DNA of 64,000 bases from contig CAVPVX010000002.1 of the NCBI GenBank assembly GCA_963709345.1, positions 1 to 64,000 on the forward strand, read 5' to 3'. The translations under genes were made by a program, and so were the position numbers. Source of the stretch: an uncultured Actinomycetes bacterium. Lineage in GTDB: Bacteria; Actinomycetota; Thermoleophilia; UBA2241. The notes under the pieces are model-generated. The model was not told where the DNA came from. It did not search any database and saw nothing but the letters and a program-made list of their open reading frames with translations. Every line of letters begins with the position of its first letter. The stretch's first letter is position 1. Positions 60,017-64,000 of the stretch are shown piece by piece.

Positions 60017-60473
60017 GATGGCCTCCGTCGGTTTCATGGTTGTAGACCACGTGCGCTCTCGCGATACCGGCGAGCGGCACGGTGACGCTGCCGCCGTCGT
60101 CGAGCGTGAGGGTGGCCGATACGGCGTCCGTAGCGACGAGCACGCCGCGGAAGTTGCGGCGGCCGTCCTGGGGCTGCTCGAGCTTCACCGCGACATCACG
60201 GCCGAGCACGGCGGCGAAGTGCTCCGGCTTGCGGATCCGCCGATCGAGGCCGGGCGAGGACACCTCGAGCGCGTAGCGCTCGCGAACATCCTCCAGAGCC
60301 TGGCTGACGGCTCCGCACAGTTCCAGATCGACGCCGCCCGGCCGGTCGATGAAGAGCGTGAGCGTCGTGGCCGGCCTTCCGCGCACCTCGAGGTCGACGA
60401 GCTCGACCTCGGGGAAGCACTCGGTGAGCTTGGCGTCGATGATCGCCTCCAGTTGCTCTCTCGTCTCCCTCAT
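60009..60473 (-). CDS. rimP: Ribosome maturation factor RimP
   Basis: IDRPGGVDLELC..VS, YALEVSSPGLDR. Confidence 0.95.
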   Translation of the reverse strand: MRETREQLEAIIDAKLTECFPEVELVDLEVRGRPATTLTLFIDRPGGVDLELCGAVSQALEDVRERYALEVSSPGLDRRIRKPEHFAAVLGRDVAVKLEQPQDGRRNFRGVLVATDAVSATLTLDDGGSVTVPLAGIARAHVVYNHETDGGHRE

Positions 60474-60492
60474 ATACGACCCCTTACACGAG

Positions 60493-60516
60493 AAAAGTCG
60501 GTTGCCACCGACTTTT
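60493..60516 (-). terminator. Terminator-like hairpin in the rimP leader
   Basis: AAAAGTCGGT-N4-ACCGACTTTT about 20 bp before the rimP ATG. Confidence 0.6.
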
Positions 60517-60604
60517 TACGCAAGAGTCCGCCTCGTGGTGTATTTGCCGCTCGAGAAGTATAGCACCGCGTTCGTCGACCATACAAGGCGCGGCGGCTCC
60601 GGGC

Positions 60605-60631
60605 TCAACCGCAGCGGTCTCCTGCCGATAC
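60605..60631 (+). promoter_or_regulatory. Sigma28/WhiG-type promoter candidate
   Basis: TCAA-N15-GCCGATAC upstream of ORF 60665. Confidence 0.5.
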
Positions 60632-60664
60632 TGGGAGGGACAGTCCCGTCTTCGAGAGGCAGCC

Positions 60665-60949
60665 ATGGGTGAGTACACGACCTTCGAGTGTCGCGAGTGC
60701 GGCTACAAGGCCGAGCGGATCCGCTGGGGCGTCAGCGTCTACGACCCACGGCAGCGGTTCATGCCGGCGTACTGCGTCGAGTGCGACACGATCGTAGAGG
60801 TCGACATGACCGGCGCCGACATCCACATCGACGAATTTCGCTGCGTGGTCTGCGGGAGCGAGTTGTTCTTTCTCGAGAAGGCGGCCTCGTACACCTGCCC
60901 CAAGTGCAAGGCGCACGACATGATCCTGCAGCAGGGCGAGTACTGGTGA
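60665..60949 (+). CDS. Small protein with four CxxC motifs (double zinc ribbon)
   Basis: CREC, CVEC, CVVC, CPKC; RBS GAGG; GC3-rich codons. Confidence 0.75.
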   Translation: MGEYTTFECRECGYKAERIRWGVSVYDPRQRFMPAYCVECDTIVEVDMTGADIHIDEFRCVVCGSELFFLEKAASYTCPKCKAHDMILQQGEYW

Positions 60950-60990
60950 AGGTCCGCCCGTAGCAGAAGGCCGCCTCTCCGGGCGAGACC

Positions 60991-61779
60991 TCAGTCGGTG
61001 ATGACCACCGGGCTGCCCGCGGGCACGAGCCGGCTGACCTCGAGGACGTGCTTGTCGCGCATGCGCACGCAGCCGTGGCTCACGGCTTTGCCGATGAGCT
61101 CCGGCTGGTTGGTGCCGTGGATCGCCACGGGCCCGCCCTGCACCCAGTCCGGCAGCTTGGGCTGGAACGCGCTGATGCCGATGGCAAGCGCGCCGTACAC
61201 GCCTCCCGGTGACGGCGGCCGCAGCTTCTGGTTGATGAAGAAGAACCCGGTGGGCGTCGCGAGACCGGGCTTCCCGACCGCCACGGGGTACGTCTCCTGA
61301 AGCTCGCCGCGACGGTATACGTGCAGCTCGCGGTCGGAGAGGTCGATGGCGATGCGGGACGACGTCGTGTAGAAGGCCAGCTTGCCCTCGGGCACCCAGC
61401 CGCGCGACCCGTTCGGCCGCATCGCGACCCAGACCCGGTACCAGATCGCGTCACCGACCTCTCGTGTCTCGTCGACCAGCACGAGGGTCGGGTAGTCGTT
61501 CAGGTTGAGCTTGCCCAGCTTGGTGAGCACGCGGGCGTTCTTGCGCGGGCGCGTGTAGACGGTGAACGGCCCGACCGCTTGACCGACAGTCCAGCGCTCG
61601 TACTGCGGCGGCGTTGCGCCGCTCGGGTCCGGCGTGGGCATCACGACCGGGGCAAGAGCCTGGGTCGCGCCCGATCCCTCGGCACGTGCGCGCACGGCGG
61701 CGTAGCCTCCGAAGGCCACCGCCAGCACCAGCCCGAGGCCGACCACGAGGATCATGATATCGCGCGTGCGGGTACTCAT
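60991..61779 (-). CDS. L,D-transpeptidase (YkuD domain) with SH3-like region
   Basis: YPVAVGK..TPTG, IHGTN..IGKAVSHGCVRM. Confidence 0.92.
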   Translation of the reverse strand: MSTRTRDIMILVVGLGLVLAVAFGGYAAVRARAEGSGATQALAPVVMPTPDPSGATPPQYERWTVGQAVGPFTVYTRPRKNARVLTKLGKLNLNDYPTLVLVDETREVGDAIWYRVWVAMRPNGSRGWVPEGKLAFYTTSSRIAIDLSDRELHVYRRGELQETYPVAVGKPGLATPTGFFFINQKLRPPSPGGVYGALAIGISAFQPKLPDWVQGGPVAIHGTNQPELIGKAVSHGCVRMRDKHVLEVSRLVPAGSPVVITD

Positions 61780-61892
61780 CCTGCGTCTAGGATAGAGGAC
61801 CGTGTGAACCCTGTACACACGGTCCTCTGGCCACCCGCCGCCGGTGGCGTAGACTGGTCCCCTGCAGGAGCAACGAACGAAAGGAGCGCCGA

Positions 61893-62453
61893 GTGCTGGC
61901 AGTCATCGTCATCATCGTCATCCTGGTCGTACTGGTGGCCGTCCTCGCGGGCATGTACAACAGCCTCGTGGGCCGCCGCAACCGGGTCGACAACTCGTGG
62001 AGCCAGATCGAGGTCCAGCTCAAGCGCCGCCACGACCTCATCCCCAACCTGGTCGAGGCCGTCAAGGACTACATGTCGTACGAGCAGGACACGCTCACCA
62101 GCGTCACGCAGGCGCGCGCCGCCGCCATCGACGCCGGCAGCCGCGGTCCCGAGGCCCAGGCCCAGGCGGAGAACATGCTCAGCGACACGCTCAAGTCGCT
62201 CTTCGCCGTGGTCGAGAGCTACCCGGACCTCAAGGCGAACCAGAACGTCATGAGCCTCCAGGAGGAACTCACCTCGACGGAGAACAAGATCGCCTTCGCG
62301 CGGCAGTTCTACAACGACAGCGTGCTCACCTACAACAACAAGATCCAGATGTTCCCCTCGAACCTGATCGCCGGGATGTTCAACTTCACGACCCGGCAGT
62401 TCTTCGAGGCTCCCGAGGGCGACCGCGCCGTTCCCACCGTCGACCTTCGCTAG
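61893..62453 (+). CDS. lemA: LemA-family protein
   Basis: YNSLV, QLKRRHDLIPNLV, ESYPDLKAN, ENKIAFARQFYN. Confidence 0.96.
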   Translation: MLAVIVIIVILVVLVAVLAGMYNSLVGRRNRVDNSWSQIEVQLKRRHDLIPNLVEAVKDYMSYEQDTLTSVTQARAAAIDAGSRGPEAQAQAENMLSDTLKSLFAVVESYPDLKANQNVMSLQEELTSTENKIAFARQFYNDSVLTYNNKIQMFPSNLIAGMFNFTTRQFFEAPEGDRAVPTVDLR

Positions 62454-62477
62454 CCTGAACCGGCCGGCACGCCGACC

Positions 62478-63445
62478 GTGTACGAGCAGATCAGCCGCAA
62501 CCGCCGGGCGTCGTGGCTTCTCGCCGGGCTCGTCGTAGCGCTCCTCGCCGCGCTCGGCTACGCCATCGGCGTAGCGACGACGGGCGAGCATGCCGGCGGG
62601 CTCGGCCTCCTCGGCGTCTTCGGTATCGTCGCCATCGCCTGGAGCCTGATCGGCTATTACGCCGGCGACAAGATGATCCTCGCCGTCAGCGGCGCCCGCC
62701 GCGTCACCCACGACGACGAACCCCAGCTCTTCAACGTCGTCGAAGAGATGACTATCGCTGCAGGCCTCCCGCAGGCGCCGGCCGTCTACGTACTGGAGCA
62801 GGCCGCGCCCAACGCGTTCGCCACCGGCCGCGACCCCAGGCACGCCGCCGTCGCCGTCACCCGTGGCCTCATGGAGAGGCTCAACCGCGAGGAGATCCAG
62901 GGAGTCGTCGCCCACGAATTGTCCCACATCCGCAACTACGACATCCGCTTCGAGACGCTCGTCGGGGTCCTCGTGGGCATGATCGCGCTCATCGCCGACT
63001 TCTTCCTCCGCTGGAGCTTCTGGGGCGGCATGGGCCGGCGGCGCGGCGGCGGGAGCTCCGGGGACCAGGCCGGCTCCTTGTTCGCGATCGTCGCACTCGT
63101 GCTCGCGATCGTCGCCCCGCTGGCCGCGTACGCAGTGCAGTTCGCGGTCTCGCGCCGCCGCGAGTACCTGGCCGACGCCTCGGCCGTGGAGCTCACGCGC
63201 AATCCCCTGGGCCTCGCGCGGGCGCTCCACCGCATCTCCGCCGACCCTACGCCGATGCGCCAGGCAAACCGCGCGACGGCTCACCTGTACATCGCGAACC
63301 CCCTCAAGAAGACGAAGGCGGTCAGCAGCGTCTTCGACACCCACCCGCCGATCGCGCAGCGCATCGCCGTGCTCCTGGAGATGGCCCACGCCGGGCCCGA
63401 GGCCCTCGAAGCACCATCCACGCCGGCGGGCGCTGCCGAGCGATC
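62478..63445 (+). CDS. htpX: Zinc metalloprotease HtpX (M48); no in-frame stop found, end approximate
   Basis: Manual translation: MYEQISRNRR, PNAFATGRDP, VAHELSH, SRRREYLADA, FDTHPP; absent from the ORF track because the frame stays open to the window end. Confidence 0.9.
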
Positions 63446-63833
63446 AGTCCACGCCGGCGACGCCTGCGCGGTAGAGGTCGCTGCCGGGGCGAAGGGCGCG
63501 GGCCAGGCGCAGGTGCGCCCGCGCCTCGACAGTGTGCCCGGTCTCGGCGAGGCAGCGCGCCAGCGCGTAGTGCGCGTAGTCGTTGTCGGGCACGTCCGCG
63601 ACGACGGCCGCAAACAGCTCCGCCGCGCGGCCGGGCCTCCCCAGGGCGTACTCGGCCCGGCCCAGCGCCTCCCGGATGGAGTCACGGCCCGGCTCGAGCT
63701 TCAGCGCCTTCTCAAGCAGCATGGAGGCCTGGGCGGGGTGCCGCGCCTCGAGGAAGGCCATGCCCCGGCGGTAGAGCGAGTGAGCCTCGCTCTCGGCGTC
63801 GAAGGCCGGCTCGCGGCGCGGCGGCGGTCCCAC
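63444..63833 (-). CDS. Tetratricopeptide repeat protein
   Basis: A..LLEKALKLEPG..SIREALGRA, PDNDYAHYALARCL. Confidence 0.8.
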   Translation of the reverse strand: MGPPPRREPAFDAESEAHSLYRRGMAFLEARHPAQASMLLEKALKLEPGRDSIREALGRAEYALGRPGRAAELFAAVVADVPDNDYAHYALARCLAETGHTVEARAHLRLARALRPGSDLYRAGVAGVD

Positions 63834-63843
63834 TGGCGTCGAG

Positions 63844-64000
63844 CTACAGACCGAGCTCGGGAGCCACGCCCTGCATCGCCTCGAGCCCGAGCAGCAGGAA
63901 CTCGTCGAGTCCCACACCCAGCTCGACGCAGCGGGCGATCCCCTCGCGGTCGACGCCGCGCGCGAACGCGCCCTCGCGGTACCGTTTACGCACCGACTTC
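63844..64000 (-). CDS. HD/HDIG-domain protein, C-terminal fragment
   Basis: KSVRKRYREGAFARGVDREGI...LEAMQGVAPELGL*. Confidence 0.65.
   Translation of the reverse strand, partial: KSVRKRYREGAFARGVDREGIARCVELGVGLDEFLLLGLEAMQGVAPELGL

Overview
High-GC actinobacterial DNA; gene content (single-motif RsiG, rny, DapL, Firmicute-like rimP-nusA-infB order) suggests a deep-branching lineage such as Thermoleophilia (inference). Layout: 1-2.1 kb, toxin-antitoxin cluster (MazEF-, GNAT-, VapBC-like, all with indels); 2.2-6.9 kb, fcl, gmd, frameshifted proS and an XRE regulator; 6.9-14.2 kb, accessory secreted proteins with an exact 111-bp duplication; tRNA-Pro(GGG); 14.6-23.9 kb, a pgsA-like/manC-manB/FHA/MerR cluster interrupted by VanW, a Myxococcus/Thermus-type mglBA pair, DUF4388 and a small c-di-GMP anti-sigma RsiG homolog; 25-60.5 kb, a long minus-strand housekeeping run from rimP to dut; then a Zn-ribbon protein, L,D-transpeptidase, lemA, htpX, TPR and a partial HD protein. 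Best candidate new system: a c-di-GMP/sigma28-linked MglAB polarity module in an actinobacterium. Also notable are a 6S-like RNA upstream of rny, AMMECR1/Memo-like genes between miaB and miaA, and a CCCH tail on NusA. All family calls come from motif recognition by eye; no searches were run.
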